DNA from: the human T2T-CHM13v2.0 reference genome, Homo sapiens
Strand: one strand, 5' to 3'
Assembly: GCF_009914755.1 (NCBI RefSeq)
Contig: NC_060928.1
Length of the DNA stretch: 64,000 bases
The position numbers and the translations under genes were made by a program. Shown one piece after another: positions 13,810 through 34,959 of the stretch (the first letter of the stretch is position 1; each line of letters starts with the position of its first letter). Below the pieces are notes generated by a model, which saw only the letters and a program-made list of their open reading frames with translations, had not been told where the DNA came from and ran no database searches.

Positions 13810-16085
13810 GGCCAATTAAACAAAAATAATAATAATACAATGTGGGATTTAAAACGTGTAAAAGTAAAATGTATGATAACAAAGACATAGGCTGGGGGAA
13901 GAGAAATAGAGCCATACTCTCAAAAGTTTTTTATAGTATATGTGAAGTGACATAATATCGCAACATAAATTGCAATAAAAGAAAGGTATATGCCATAAAC
14001 CATTATGATAACAAAGAAACCACTTAAAATGAAGAAACAAGGAGTTTTTTTATGTCAAAAAGGACAATAAATGAAATTATGAAAAATATTCGGTTAATCA
14101 AAAAGAAGACAAAAAATGGGGAAAGGAAACAACAGGTGAGACAAATAGAAGAGAAAGAGGAAGATGATAGATTTCAACCTAAACACATGAATAATCATAT
14201 TGAAAGTAAGTGATCTAAATAATCCAGTTGACATGCAAGATGCAAGTATATGTTACCTATAAGAAAACTATTTTAAGCATAAAGACACAAATAGTTTAAA
14301 AGTAAAAAGATAGAAAAAGTTATAAATACTAGTATTTAGATAATACAAATCCAAATAAAGCTGGAGTGACTATAGTAATATCAAGACAAAATAGATGACA
14401 GAGTGAAGAACATTATTAGGGATAATAAAAGTCATTTCATAGCAATAATAAAGTTAATTCATCAAGAACAACAACAACAACAAAAAAGCCTGAACATTTA
14501 TGCACCTATTAAGAGAGCTACGGAAACATGTTGCAAAAAACTGACAGAATAGCAGGAAGAAATAAACAAATCCAGAATTATAGTCATAGATTTCAATACC
14601 CCTCTTTCAGTAATTGATACATCAAGGAGACATAAAATCAATAAGCATATAGGAGATTTGAATAACACTATCAACCAACTTGACCTAATAAATATTTATA
14701 GAACACTGTACCCAACAGGAATGGAATACACATCCTTTTCAAATACACATGGAACATTTACCAAGATAGACCATATTCTAAGCCATTAAAATGTCACAAT
14801 AAATTTAAAAGAATTCAAGTCATACAAAGTGTATTCTCTGACCACAATGGAATTAAATTGGAAATTAATAACCGAAGGATCTCCAAAAAATTCCCCAAAT
14901 ATTTGGAAACTAAGTTATATACTTCTATATAACATATAGGTCAAAAAATAAAAGAGAAATTAAAAAATATTTTGAACTGAATGAAAATAAGAACATGATG
15001 TATTCTTATATTTGTAGTAGTCTGCTAAAGCAATAGGTAGGAATAGATTTATAGTACTAAACACCTATATTAGAAAAAAGTCACAAATCAGTTATCTCAG
15101 TTTCCACCTTAAATAACCAGGAAAGAAGAGCAAATTAAATCCAAAGTAAGCAGAAGAATTAAAATAATAAAGACTAAAGAGAAATCAATGAAATATAAAA
15201 CAGTAAAACAATAAAGAAAATCAATGAAACCAAAAGTTAGTTCTTTCAACAGATTAATAAAATTGATAAGCCTCTAGCCAGACTTACTAGGAAAAAAGAG
15301 AAATGATACAAACACTTTAACATTATTAATAATTATGGAAATGCAAAATAAAACCAAAGGAAGATACCACTACACACCTATTATCATGACTAAACTTCAA
15401 AAGACTGACCATAACAAGTGTTGGTGAGGACATGAAGTAAATGGAACTCAACACTGCTTCCAGGAATAGAAAATGGTACAGCCACTTTGGAAAACAGTTT
15501 GGCAGTTTATTGAAAGATTAGACATACCTACTATATGATCTAGTTATTCCACTTCTAGGAATATTCCCAGGAGAAATAAAAGCACACATCCACACAAAGA
15601 TTAGTACACAAAGTTTATGGCAGTTTCATTTGTAATAGCCCCAAACTGCGAACAACCCAAACGTCCATCAACAGGTGAATGGATAATCAATTGCAGTAAA
15701 TTCATGCAAATAGAATACTACTCTGCAATTTAAAAATAATGAACCATTGATACACGCTATAGCATGGATGAATCTCAAAATAGTTATATTGAATGGAAGA
15801 AGACAGACCCCCCAAAAAATGTATACTGTATAATTCTATGTATATATAGTTGTAGAAAATGCCAACTAATCTACAGTGACAGAAAGCAGATCAGTCATTG
15901 CCTGTTGGAAGGAAATGAGAAGAGATTACAAAGAGACATGAGGAAACTTTGACAAATAATGGATAGGTCCATTTTCAGTGATGGCTGCACGGAGATAAAC
16001 ACAAGTCAAAACCTATCAAACTGTACACTTAAAATATGTGCAATCAATTATATGTCAATTACACAACAATTAAGCTGTTTTAAAA
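13810..16085 (+). mobile_element. Old L1M (L1MD/L1ME-like) with large internal ORF2 deletion
   Basis: Decayed ORF2 endonuclease region ~14200-15300 (ctctgaccacaatggaattaaa), then an abrupt jump near 15310 to the ORF2 C-terminus and an L1M-type 3'UTR (catggatgaatctcaaaa...gacagaaagcagatcagt...ctgtacacttaaaa). Confidence 0.8.
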
Positions 16086-17239
16086 CTCACGGGCAAATAT
16101 GAGTAAATACATAAACACAGTAAATAAAAAGTTTATTTCTTAACGGTCATTCACACCAATCAAGACAGGAGATACTAATTTATTTAGGTCTTTGTAGGAA
16201 CATCAGTAAAGGTACAGAAGATCCATTTGAATTTATGTTATTATATGTCTAAAATAACCTAAGATACACTGCATGGGTTTTGTATAAACTCGTTAAGAAA
16301 ACAAGATTATTGTGTTTCTGACAATTTGTAATAAAAACTCAATTTAGAATTTTTCTTGCCCAATATCTCTAACACTGTATCTATGGTGGTTCTAGTTTTG
16401 AGATTCATTGTGCACAGTGTAAGTTTTGGTGCCCTTTGTCTCATGTTTTACACAATCAAATGAGAATATGTTTGTATGACTTGGGACCTTTCTATTTGCA
16501 GTTCAGATTAAATAAGACTGAGAATTTCTGACTACTTATAACCAACACTTGCAGAAGTAATGCTTACAATTGGTAAAGTGTTCTTTGGGGAACTGCACTC
16601 GATAAATGTTACAATCCTAGTTTGTTGCAGCTTCAGTTGTAATTCCACTCTGAAATTCAGTGGGTGAAAAATGGGAAAAGATCAGGCTGCTAGAGAGAGG
16701 GATAAAGTAAGGCACATATGATTCTAGGATTTTTATTACAAAACAAAAAATTACATGAGAGAGTGTCTTTATATTATTTTCTGAATTCTGCCCACTTTCC
16801 TGGAGAAAAACCTAAATTCCTCTCCCAGTCTTGTAATCTCTTCATCTGCATAAAGCCTACACCTTCAAAACAATTCCTAGACTGAAGTAATTAAATCAAG
16901 TACCATCTTAGCATGCAAACTCTTTGAAATATATAATACACTTAGACAGATTCAGGTTTATGTTCCCCAAGTGCTTCATAAAGCATTACCAAGACTAAGT
17001 TCTCAGTTGTTCAATAAATTGGATTGGTGTCTACTATGGTTATGCATATCTTTTTGTGTATATCAACATTTGAAATGTTGTACTGTTATTTATAAATATC
17101 CTTTGTTTCAAAAAAGTTTTCAAAACTGTCACTTCAGTTATGTGTTTTTATCGATTTGCTTGATCTGCATAAGGGTGTTCTCTGTTTCATATCCATTTGT
17201 ATATAGTTATCTCTTTTGCCTCTGAACATTGAAACAGAA

Positions 17240-17432
17240 ACAGTGTTGTGGTGAAGAGCCCTAGCGCAGCCTCACCACGCTAGCCTCAGCCTTGGGCAAC
17301 ATTCCACCTCTTCTGCGTGATTCCTCAAACCGTGTGCATAGGGAGGTTGTTCACAGGGTTGTTGTGAGGATCGATCAAGGTAATTAGGTATAGATTTTTA
17401 TCCTTTAGACCAGCACATAGTGAGCAGTCCAA
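17240..17432 (+). mobile_element. MIR SINE
   Basis: cttgggcaac...cagggttgttgtgaggat...agcacatagtgagc. Confidence 0.6.
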
Positions 17433-18196
17433 AAAAAAAAAAATAAACAAGAGCACCTTTGAACTGCAAAAATATTTAGGGCAGGGCCTACCAAGTGGTT
17501 ATAATTATCTTATTACATGACTGAAATGCATCCTAGCAGGAGTGGAATACTTGAAAATTATTATTTAATCAAAATTAATATTTCTTAGGCAGAGAAGGCC
17601 TAAAAAGAATAGTATAAAATGAAAAGACTTAGTTTAAATTTCAACTTTGGCACATTAAACAACTAATTCTGGTTTCTTATTTTATTCTAACCTGCCGATC
17701 TGTAGTTTGTAAATTGGACATGACCTGTTCATAGTAGATGCTTAGTGAATGCGTACTGAGAGATTACTCAAAGATATTGTCTACAAAAGCATTTTCAATA
17801 CTTTTATATGTCTGATAGTATAAGATCCCTTTAGTTTCAGGAAAAACCATAAAATTGAGTGATATTTCTCACTTTATGGGTCATTATTACTCATGTAGTA
17901 ATATTTCTCACTAGTGATAAACAAGTGGAGCAAATGTGACTCTGCAGGGCAATTGTTGCATTAAAACCTGAACTGCAAATATTTAATGCTCACAAGAATT
18001 TTTCTCCCTCCCCATCCATGTCCACTTCAGTGAGAGACCCAATGAGAACCCTATATCCACTTACAGAAAACCAGTGCTGAAAAGTTCCACACAGCTGACC
18101 ACTAAAACATATCTTGAATTTTACTTTTTTCCCAAGGAAAATGCCATTGTCTGTAACGTTCATAGTCCTCTAAAGATTATTTTGTTCATTTCACAG

Positions 18197-18314
18197 GTCT
18201 CCTGTTATGGCTGGAGGTCTCTTTGCTGTGGATCGGAAATGGTTTTGGGAATTGGGTGGCTATGATCCAGGTTTAGAAATCTGGGGAGGAGAACAGTATG
18301 AAATCTCTTTTAAG
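18197..18314 (+). CDS. GALNTL6: Internal coding exon of a polypeptide N-acetylgalactosaminyltransferase (GT27), GALNTL6/GALNT10 subgroup, catalytic-domain Gal/GalNAc-T motif
   Basis: Translates (1 nt + 39 codons) to [39 protein letters not shown]. Acceptor ttcatttcacag|G and donor AAG|gtaagc; phase 2 to phase 0. The peptide is near-identical in GALNT10; GALNTL6 is inferred from the AT-rich context and introns of >18 kb and >45 kb. Confidence 0.88.
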
Positions 18315-18694
18315 GTAAGCCCCAAGACCCTCTTCACACTATATCTGTATAATTTTGACAATTCTGATAGAATATCAGCATGTTGCTCTGTGACCTGTGT
18401 TCTGGGATGACTTAATGGTAATAGATGTATCACCTTCCCAAGTGAGCTCTTGTAGTTTCTTTCTTTTTTGGTTTTTGTTTTTATTTTTTCTTGATATACA
18501 ATCATTATACATATTTGTGGGGTACATGTGAAATTTTGAAACATGTATACAATGCATAATGATCAAATCAGGGTAACTGGGATATCCATCACCTCAAACA
18601 TTCATCTCTTCTTTGTGTTGGAAACATTGCAATTCTTCTCCTCTAGCTATCTTGAAATATACAATAAATTATTGTGAACTATAATCTCCCTACT

Positions 18695-19103
18695 TGTATA
18701 AGGCCATTTTTGCATTGCTATAAAGAAATATCTGAGACTGGGTAATTTACAAAGAAAAGAAGTTTAATTGGCTCACAGTTCTGCAGGCTGCACAAGAAGT
18801 GTGGTGCTGGCATCTGCTTCTGGTAAGGGCTTCAGGAAGCTTTTAATCATTGTGGAAGGCAACAGGGAGCCAGCATGTCACATGGTGAAAGCAAAAGCAA
18901 GAGACGCAGGGGTGAGCTGCCACACACTTTTAAACAACCAGATCTCACGAGAACTCACTCACCAGCAAGGGGATGGCGCTAAGCCTAATTCTTGAGGAAT
19001 CCATTCCCCATGATCCAAACACCTCCCACCAGGCCTCACCTCCAACACTGGGGGCCACATTTTGACATAAGATTTGGAGGTGACAAACAACCAAATTATA
19101 TCA
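18695..19103 (-). mobile_element. MST (MSTA-like) MaLR solo LTR inserted in L1MA
   Basis: tgtataaggcc...gcattgctataaagaaatatctgagactgggtaattt...ccaaattatatca; TSD ctact/ctaca. Confidence 0.85.
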
Positions 19104-21890
19104 CTACAGTACTATCAAATACTAGAACTTATCTCTTCCATTTAACTGTATTTTTGTACTCATTAACCAACTTCTTTTTTTGCCGCCTCCCCACCCCCAC
19201 TCCCTTCTATTCCCAGCCTCTGGTAACCACCAATCTACCTTCTACCTCCATTAGACCAACTTGTTTAGCTCCCCATATGAGCTAGGACATGGGATGTTTT
19301 TCTATGCCTGATTTATTTCACTTAAAATAATGACCTTCAGTTCCATCTATGTTCCTGCAAATGATAGTATTTCATTCCTTTTTATGACTGCATAATATTC
19401 CATTGTGTATATATACTACATTTTCTTTATCCATTCATCCAGTGATGGACACTTAGGTAACTATTGAGACCATTGTCACAAAAAAATGGGAATGCAGATA
19501 TCACTTCTACATACTGAGTCCCTTTCTTTTGAAAATATACCCAACATTAGGATTACTAGATTATATGGTAGTTCTATTTTAGTATTTTGAGGACGCTCCA
19601 TACTCTTTCCCCTAATTGCTACATTATTTTGCATTTCCACCAACAGTGTAGGAGCATTCCCCTTTCTCTGCATCCTTGCCAGGATTTTTAAATTTTTTGT
19701 CTTTGAGATAATAGCCAGTTTAACTTGGGTAAGATATAACCTCAATGTGGTTTTGATTTGCATTTCTCTGATAACTAAAGATGTTCAACATTTTTCATAT
19801 ACCTGTTGGCCATTTGTATGTCTTCTTTTGAGAAATGTCTATTCATGTATTATGCTCATTTTTAAATTGAATTATTTGAAGGATTTTACTGTTGAGTTGT
19901 TTGAGTTCATTATATATTCTGGTTATTATTTCTTTGTCAGATAGATAGTTTGCAAACATTTTCTCCCATCCTACAGGTTGTCTCTTCACTTTGTTGATTG
20001 TTTCCTTGCTCTACAGAAACTTTCTAGCTTGATGTAAATTTGTCTATTTTTGCTTTTGTTCCATGTGCTTTTGAGATCTTAGCCAAAAAATACCTGTGCC
20101 CAGACCAATGTCCTGTAGTGTTTCCCCAGCATTTTCTTCTAGTAGTTTCATAGTTTTGGGTCACATAGCTAAGTCTTTAATCTATTTTCAGTTGATTTTT
20201 GTACATGATGAAAGACAAAGATCTAATTTCATTTTTCTTCACATGGATATCTCATTTTCCCAGCATCATTTATTGAAGAAACTGTCCTTTTCCCCACTGT
20301 ATGTTCTTGATGCCTTTTTGTCAAGAATGAGTTGGCTGTAAGTGCAAGGATTTACTTCTGGGTTCTCTATTTTGTTCCATTGGTGTATGCATCTGTTTTT
20401 ATGCCAGTACCATGCTATTTTGATTACAATAGCTTTGTGGTATAATTTGAAATCAAGTAATGGGATGACTCCAGCTTTGTTCTTTTTGTTCAGGACTGCT
20501 TTAGCTATTTAGGGCCTTTTCTTGTTCCCTACAAATTTTTGGATATTTTTTCCGTTTCTGTGAAGAATGTCATTGGTAATTTGACATGGATTACATTAAT
20601 TATTTAGATCATTTCTGGTAGTGTAGATATTTTAACAGTATTAGTTCTTCCAATCAAAGACCATGGTATATCTTTCCATCTTTTGTGTGTCTTCAGTTTC
20701 TTTCATCATTGATTTGTACAGGTTATTTCACTTCTTTAGTTAAATTTATTCTTAGGTATTTTTAAGCTATTATAAATGGGATTGTTTTCTTGATTGCTTT
20801 TCAGATTGATTTCTGTTAGTGTATAGCAACTTTATAGAATTAATTTATCAGTTCCAGGAACTTTTGGTGGAGTCTTTAGGTTTTTCTAAAAGTAAGATCA
20901 TGTCATCTGCAAAGATAATTTGACTTCTTCCATTACAATTTTGATGCCCTTTGTTTCTTTATCTTCCCTAAGCACTCAGGCTAGGACTTCCAGAACTAGG
21001 TTGAATAAAAGTGATGAAAGTGAGCATCCTTGTCTTCTTCTAAATCTTAGTGGAAAGGCTTTCAATTTTCCCCCTTTCAGTGTGATCTTACATGTGGGTT
21101 TGTAATATATGGCTGTTATCATATTGAGATATTTTCTTTCTATATCCAATTTGTTAAGAGTTTTTATCATGAAGGAATGTTAAATTTTACCAATACTTTT
21201 TCAGCATGTATCAAAATGATCCTATGCTTTTTGTCCTTGATTCTCTTGTTGTGATATATCACACTTATTGATTTGTATACGTTGAACCATCTTTGCATCT
21301 TTGGGATGAAGCCCACTTGATTATGGTGAATGTTCTTTTTAATGTCTTATTGAATTATGTTTTGTCGAGGGTTTTTACATCTATGTTTATGAGGAATGTT
21401 GGCCTATAGATTTTTTTGTGTGTGTACCTGTCTAGTTTAGCTATCAGGATAATACTGGCATTATAGAATGAGTTTGGAAGAATTCCCTCCTCTTCAATTT
21501 TTTGAAATAGTTTCAGTAGAATTGGTATTAGTTCTTCCTTAAAAGTTTGGTAGAAATCAGTAATTAATCCATCAAGTGTTGGGCTTTTCTTTGATGGGAG
21601 ACTATTACTGCTTTGATTTCATTATTCCTTATTGATCTCTTCAGGTTTTCTTTTTCTTCATGGTTCAATCTTCATAGGTTGTGTATTTACAAGAATTTAT
21701 CTACTTCTTCTAGGTTTCCAATATTTTGGTGTACAGTTGTTCAAAATGGTCTCTAACAATCCTTTGTATTTCTGAGGTCTCAGTTGTTGTGTCTCCTTTT
21801 TCATTTCTGATTTTATTTATTTGAGTCTTCTCTCTTCCATTCTTAGTCTGGCTAAAGAGTTGTTACATTTGTTTATCTGTTTAAAAAATT

Positions 21891-22213
<323 letters not shown>

Positions 22214-22230
22214 TTATTTTATTAGTCTCT

Positions 22231-29585
<7,355 letters not shown>

Positions 29586-31879
29586 CTGTTTTATTGTCTC
29601 AGTTTCATATATTTATGTTCTGATCTTTATTATTTCTTTTATTTTGCTAATTTTGGGGATTGGTTTGTTCTTGCTTTTCTTGAGGTGTATCACTAGGTTC
29701 TTTATTTGAAGTATTTGAAGTTTGTCTATTTTTTATGTAGGCATTTATTGCTATATAAACTTCCCTCTTAGTACTGCTTTTGCTGTATCCCATATATTCT
29801 GGTGTGTTGTGTTTCCAATTTTGTTTCAAGAAATACTTCAATTTCCTTCTTAACTTCTTCATTGACCCATTCGTCATTCAGGGCATATTGTTTCCATGTA
29901 CTGGTACAGTTTACAAAGTTTTGCTTTTTATTGATTCTGGCTTTATTCTATTTTGGTCAGACATGATTTCAACATTTTTTAATTTGTTGAGACTTGTTTT
30001 GCGGCCTAACATATAGTTTATTCTGGAGAATATTACATGTGCTGATGAAAATAATCTGTATTGCATATTAATTGGATGAAATGTTCTGTAAATGTCTGTT
30101 AGGTCCATTTGTTCTAGTGTATAGTTCAATTATGATGTCTCTTTGATAATTTTCTGCCTAAATGATCTGCCCATTGCTGACAATGGGGTGTTGAAGTATT
30201 CTACTATTATTGTATTGCATTCTATCTGTCCCTTTAGATCTGTTAATACTTGCTTTATATGTCTGGGTGTTTTGGTATTGGTATTGGGTGCACATGTATT
30301 TATAATTGTTATATCCTCTTGCTGAATTGATCTCTTTATCATTATATAATGATCTTGTTTTTTTTACAGTTTTTTTTTTTTTACTTAAAGTCTCTTTTGT
30401 GTGACATCAGTATAGCTACTCTAGCTCTCTTTTTATTTCTATTTGCGTGAGTGGAATAAATTTTTTTCATCCCATCACCTTCAGTATATGGGTATCTTTA
30501 TAGATAAAGTGAGTTTCTTATAGGCAGCATATAGTTAGGTCTTGTTTGTTTAATTCATTCAGTCACTGTGTCTTTTAATTGGAGAATTTAATAAATTTAC
30601 ATTCAATGCTATTATGGATAAGTAAGAATTTACTAGTATCATTTTGTTACTTGTTTTCTAGTTGCTTTGTAGCTCTTCTTTTCCCTTCTTCCATTTTTCC
30701 TGTCTGTCTTTGTGGTTAAGTGATTTGCTCTGATAGTATTTTTCATTTGTTGCTTTTTACTTTAGTGTATATATTATACACTTTTCATTTTTAGTGTTTT
30801 TGTTATATATATATATATATATTTTTTTTTTGCTTTCAGCACTCTGAATCTATGGTTCCACTCCCTGCAGGCCTGTAAGGTTTCTGCTAAGAAGCCTGCT
30901 GTCAGGCATATTAGAACTCCCTTAAATGTTATTTGCTTATTTTCTCTCATTGCTTTCAGAAATTTTCTTTGCCTTTTACCTTTGTGAGTTTGATTATAAT
31001 ATGTTTTAGGGTATTCTTGTTTGGGTTGAATAAAATTGGAGACTTTTCACTTTCTTCTGTGTGGGTATTTATATCTTTCTCAAGGTTTGGAAAGCTCTTT
31101 GTTATTAGTTCTTTAAACAAACTTTATGTTCATTTGTCCATGTCAGTTCCCTCTTTAACTCCAATAAACTGAATATTTGCCCTTTTGATGTTGTCCCATA
31201 GATCCCATAAGCTTTCTTCATTTCTTTGTATTCTTTTTCTTTTTTCTCTTCTGTCCGTATATTTTCAAATAGTCTATCTTCAAGCTCACTGATTCTTTTG
31301 TTTGATCAGTTCTGCTATTGATGCTTTCTCTTGCATTTTTCATTTCATGCATTGTATTTGTCAGCCCCAGGATTTCTCTGTGATTTTTATTATTATTTCA
31401 ATCTCTCCGTTAAATTTCTCTGATAAATTTTTGGATTAACTATCTGTATTTCCTTTAGGTTCGTTGACTTCCTCAAGACAGCTATTTTGAATTCTTTGTC
31501 TGAGAGGTCACACATCTCCCTCATTTTAGGGTTGACCTCTGGTACCTTACTTTGTTTGTTTGGTCATGTCATATATCCCTTCATCTTCTTGATGCTTGTG
31601 GATATGGAACAATGTCTACACATTGAGGGATTAGGTATTTATTTTAGTCTTCTTTGCCCAGTTTTGTTTGTGCCTGTTCATTTTCCAAGGGCTTTTCAGA
31701 GATTCTAAGCAAACTGACTATTATGTTTCCTGAGTCCAGCTATAATCACTGCAGCCATTTCAGCAGTAAATAACCCCCTAAGCCCAGGCATTCTACAAGT
31801 CTTTAAAGGACTCTCAGGTTGATGTGGTTTCTCAGTCCAGACAGACCTGGGGAATGCCCAAAGAAGATACTTGTGTGGA

Positions 31880-32740
31880 AACTCCGTACAGGGCTGTGTG
31901 GAAACTCTGGACAGGGGTTCAAGCCTAGAAGACTGTCCCAGTGGCCCAGACAAGCATGTCTCCCAGCAGATCCCTGCACAGGCAGGATGGATCCTCAATT
32001 GCAACAAGGAGAACTTGGATTGAGACTGGGATCCCTCAGGATCTGCTATGGGCAGGAAAATTGAGTCACATTGGCTCAAACTGTACATGTTTCCTAGCAG
32101 GTCCCTCCACAGATAGGATAGTTCCCTGACTGTAGCAGGAGGGGTCAAAGCTGATACTAGGCCCTCTTGCAATTTGGCATCAGAGACTGGAAACCCCAGT
32201 CTCAGCTCAGAGGGTGCAGGTAACACAGCAAGTTCCTGCACAGATAGGACAGTTTCCTGATTGCCGCAGGAGAGCTGGGAGCTGATACTGGGCCTCCTAG
32301 AGATCTGCTGTGGGACAGTGGCTAGCATGCCTGTCAAAATGGCTCAGATGGGCCCACCTCTCCCAGCAGGTCCCTGCACAGATGAGATAATTCCCCAACT
32401 GCAGCAAGAGGCACTGGAGCTGAGAATAGGCCTTCTTGGGAATCTTCTGTGTGACAGAGGCTAGAACCATCTCCTTGGTTCAGAAAGGCAAACATCTCCC
32501 AGCAGGTCTCAGCACATACAGGATAGTTCCCCAACTACAGTGGGAGGGGTGAAAGCTGAGACTGAGCCCCCTCGGGGAGCTGCTATGGGTAGAGGCTGGA
32601 AAGCCTGGTCTCATTGGCTAAGAGGGACGTGTGTCTTTCAGCAAATCTCTGCACAGACAGGATAGTCCTCTGATTGCAACAGGAGGGTTTAGAGCTGGGA
32701 GTAGGCCCTCTAGAGACCTGCTGTGGGACAGAGACTGGAG
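31880..32740 (-). repeat. Diverged tandem array of about six 130-140-bp monomers in the L1MA 5'UTR
   Basis: Recurring cagcag(g/a)tccctgcaca-like motif near 31964, 32094, 32226, 32363, 32499 and 32638. Confidence 0.8.
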
Positions 32741-33706
32741 AGTCTATTAGGCAGGCTCAGACTCTCAGGCTGCAAGATATGGGCAATTCGCCCTCTGGGC
32801 CCTTGTGAGAGCCACTCTGAGCTAGGACCTCAGCTGAGAGAGGCTGGAGCAACACCATGGCAATTTTCGGATTCACTGCCTAAACTGATGTCAGTGGGCA
32901 GATGAGCCTTTCACCCAATAAGCTAACGTGCGAGGGTCCTTCCAAACCCCTTGGCAGATGGTTTTTTATTATAGGCTCAAAGAAAAATGGGGCTATAACC
33001 AAGTTCCTTGGGGGACAGGTCTGTTTCCATGCTTGAACTTGGAAGCAAGATTGATGGGACAAAACACGTACGTTGGTGTTGGTCCACACTATCAAAACAA
33101 ACCTCCTAGGTCTTGAGCTCCATTGAGGTTTCACAGACTCCTACCTGAATGTTGAGGCTTCTTCAGAGAGACTTTTGACTGTGGATGGGTGCAGAATATT
33201 TGTTTTTGTAGGGGGATGTGAGCAGGTTGCCTTCTATTTTGCCATTTTGGTGATGTTGCTCCTCCCAAGTAAGTTTTTGAATGAGAGAAACTACTTCCTT
33301 CCAATCTTTCAGTGAGATGTAGCCATGCCATATGCAAAAAGAAATAATTCAAGCTTTCATTTGCAGGGAGGAAACTTGGTATTCTAATAGATCTACTGTT
33401 CCACTAACAAGTGCGTTCCTTCTAAAGCACCTAAAACATACAGATAGAAGAATTAAGACAAATTAATTAAAATGAAAGAAATCAAGTTATTGCAGCTTTT
33501 TATGTTTGTATTTTTTCTAGAAAGAGTAGGCCAGATTTTGATCTTAAGCAATTATTTCAAAATTGCAATAACAGAAGAGGAAACTTAAAAATACAAATAA
33601 CAGTGTACAGCTCTTCTTCATATGTCTCATATGAACAATTTTTTTATTATTTTTATCTGAAATTGCCCAGTTCTCTACTTACTTTGATCAGTAAAAGTAT
33701 ATACTT

Positions 33707-33709
<3 letters not shown>

Positions 33710-33740
<31 letters not shown>
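33710..33740. repeat. (AC)n microsatellite
   Basis: Directly visible. Confidence 0.95.
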
Positions 33741-33742
<2 letters not shown>

Positions 33743-34162
33743 ATAAGATAAAATATCAAATTTCAGAGCTTATAAATAAAAATAATTACGATAACATATG
33801 AAGATGCTAACCAAAAGAAAATAAAGAGCAAAAGGTTATACTCCAAACTATCAAGATGGTATTTAAAAAAAAAAAAAAGATCTCATAAAATAAAACTTTT
33901 TTCTCTTTTTCCTTCATTACAGTCATTATTTATTAGAAATGTAGGTGGATTCTTGCAACATTTCCCATACAGAAATCTCTTAAGTAAATCAGCTGTTTCT
34001 AATTACTTCTATTATAAAATCTAACCAGTTATTGCTGAGGGAAAAAAATGCATTCTGAATATAGTACAAGTCAAATGTAAGAATACAGCTAACTTTTAAA
34101 ATGTATGCATAAAAAGCAAATGATAAAACTGATTTTATTAAACTGTAACAGCTATATTCAAA

Positions 34163-34624
34163 TAAGGGAGGAGAACATCCCTCATATTATCTTATGCCCA
34201 ATTTCTGCCTCAAAGAAAAAGTAGGTGTTAAAGAAAAGACAGAAGTCAAATCAGTAGTCAGACAGCCCGGCGCTGCATTCCAGGCCTGGTAGTTAAACAT
34301 CAACCCCTGACCTAACCAGTTATGTTATCTATAGATTCCAGACATTGTATGGAAAAGCACTGTGAAAATCCCTGTCCTGTTCTGTTCCCTTCAGATTACT
34401 GGTGCATGCAGCCCCCAGTCACATAGCCACTGCTTGCCCAATTGATCATGACCCTCTCAGGCAGACCCCTCTAGAGTTGTAAGCCCTTAAAAGGGACAGG
34501 AATAGCTCATTCAGGGAGCTTGGTTTTTGGAGACGTGAGTCCACCAGTGCTCCCAGCTGAATAAAGCCTTTCCTTCCACAACTCAGTGTCTGAGGGGTTC
34601 TTGTCTGTGGCTCGTCCTGCTACA
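34163..34624 (+). mobile_element. LTR2-family (HERV-E/Harlequin, ERV1) solo LTR
   Basis: taagggaggag...cttatgcccaatttctgcctc...gcccttaaaagggacagg...aataaa...ctcgtcctgctaca; flanks caaa/caac. Confidence 0.8.
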
Positions 34625-34959
34625 CAACATGTTAAGAGAAATGTTATGTTGTCTTCAAAGTGTCATAAAATAAGTGTCACCAAAGAGAAACTCAGGAAGC
34701 ATAATTGTAGGCTTCAGAACATCTAGAAATTTCCCTCTCACTATGGTGGCAGTAATCCCTGAAATACCATCTATTAAATTAGTGCTTGTTTTCCCCATCA
34801 CTCAAACGTATCTAACGTCAATCTAAGGCACTTTTAAGACCTTTTTGTAGATGCATTTTTAGAAATCTTTGAATTTACTAACGTCTTTTGGGTTCTTCTG
34901 TTGTTATATCAATAGTTGTACACTTTGTTACAGTGTGTGTGGCAGGAGGTAGTACTGAT

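Noticed and set aside
18315-18410. Read-through of the exon ORF ([11 protein letters not shown]...)
   Set aside because: It lies beyond the strong AAG|gtaagc donor and has no GALNT homology; intronic.
31705-32337. 210-aa ORF and repeat array as a novel gene or CRISPR-like locus
   Set aside because: It falls within the GC-richer L1 5'UTR monomers, has no recognisable domain or spacers, and the DNA is primate.
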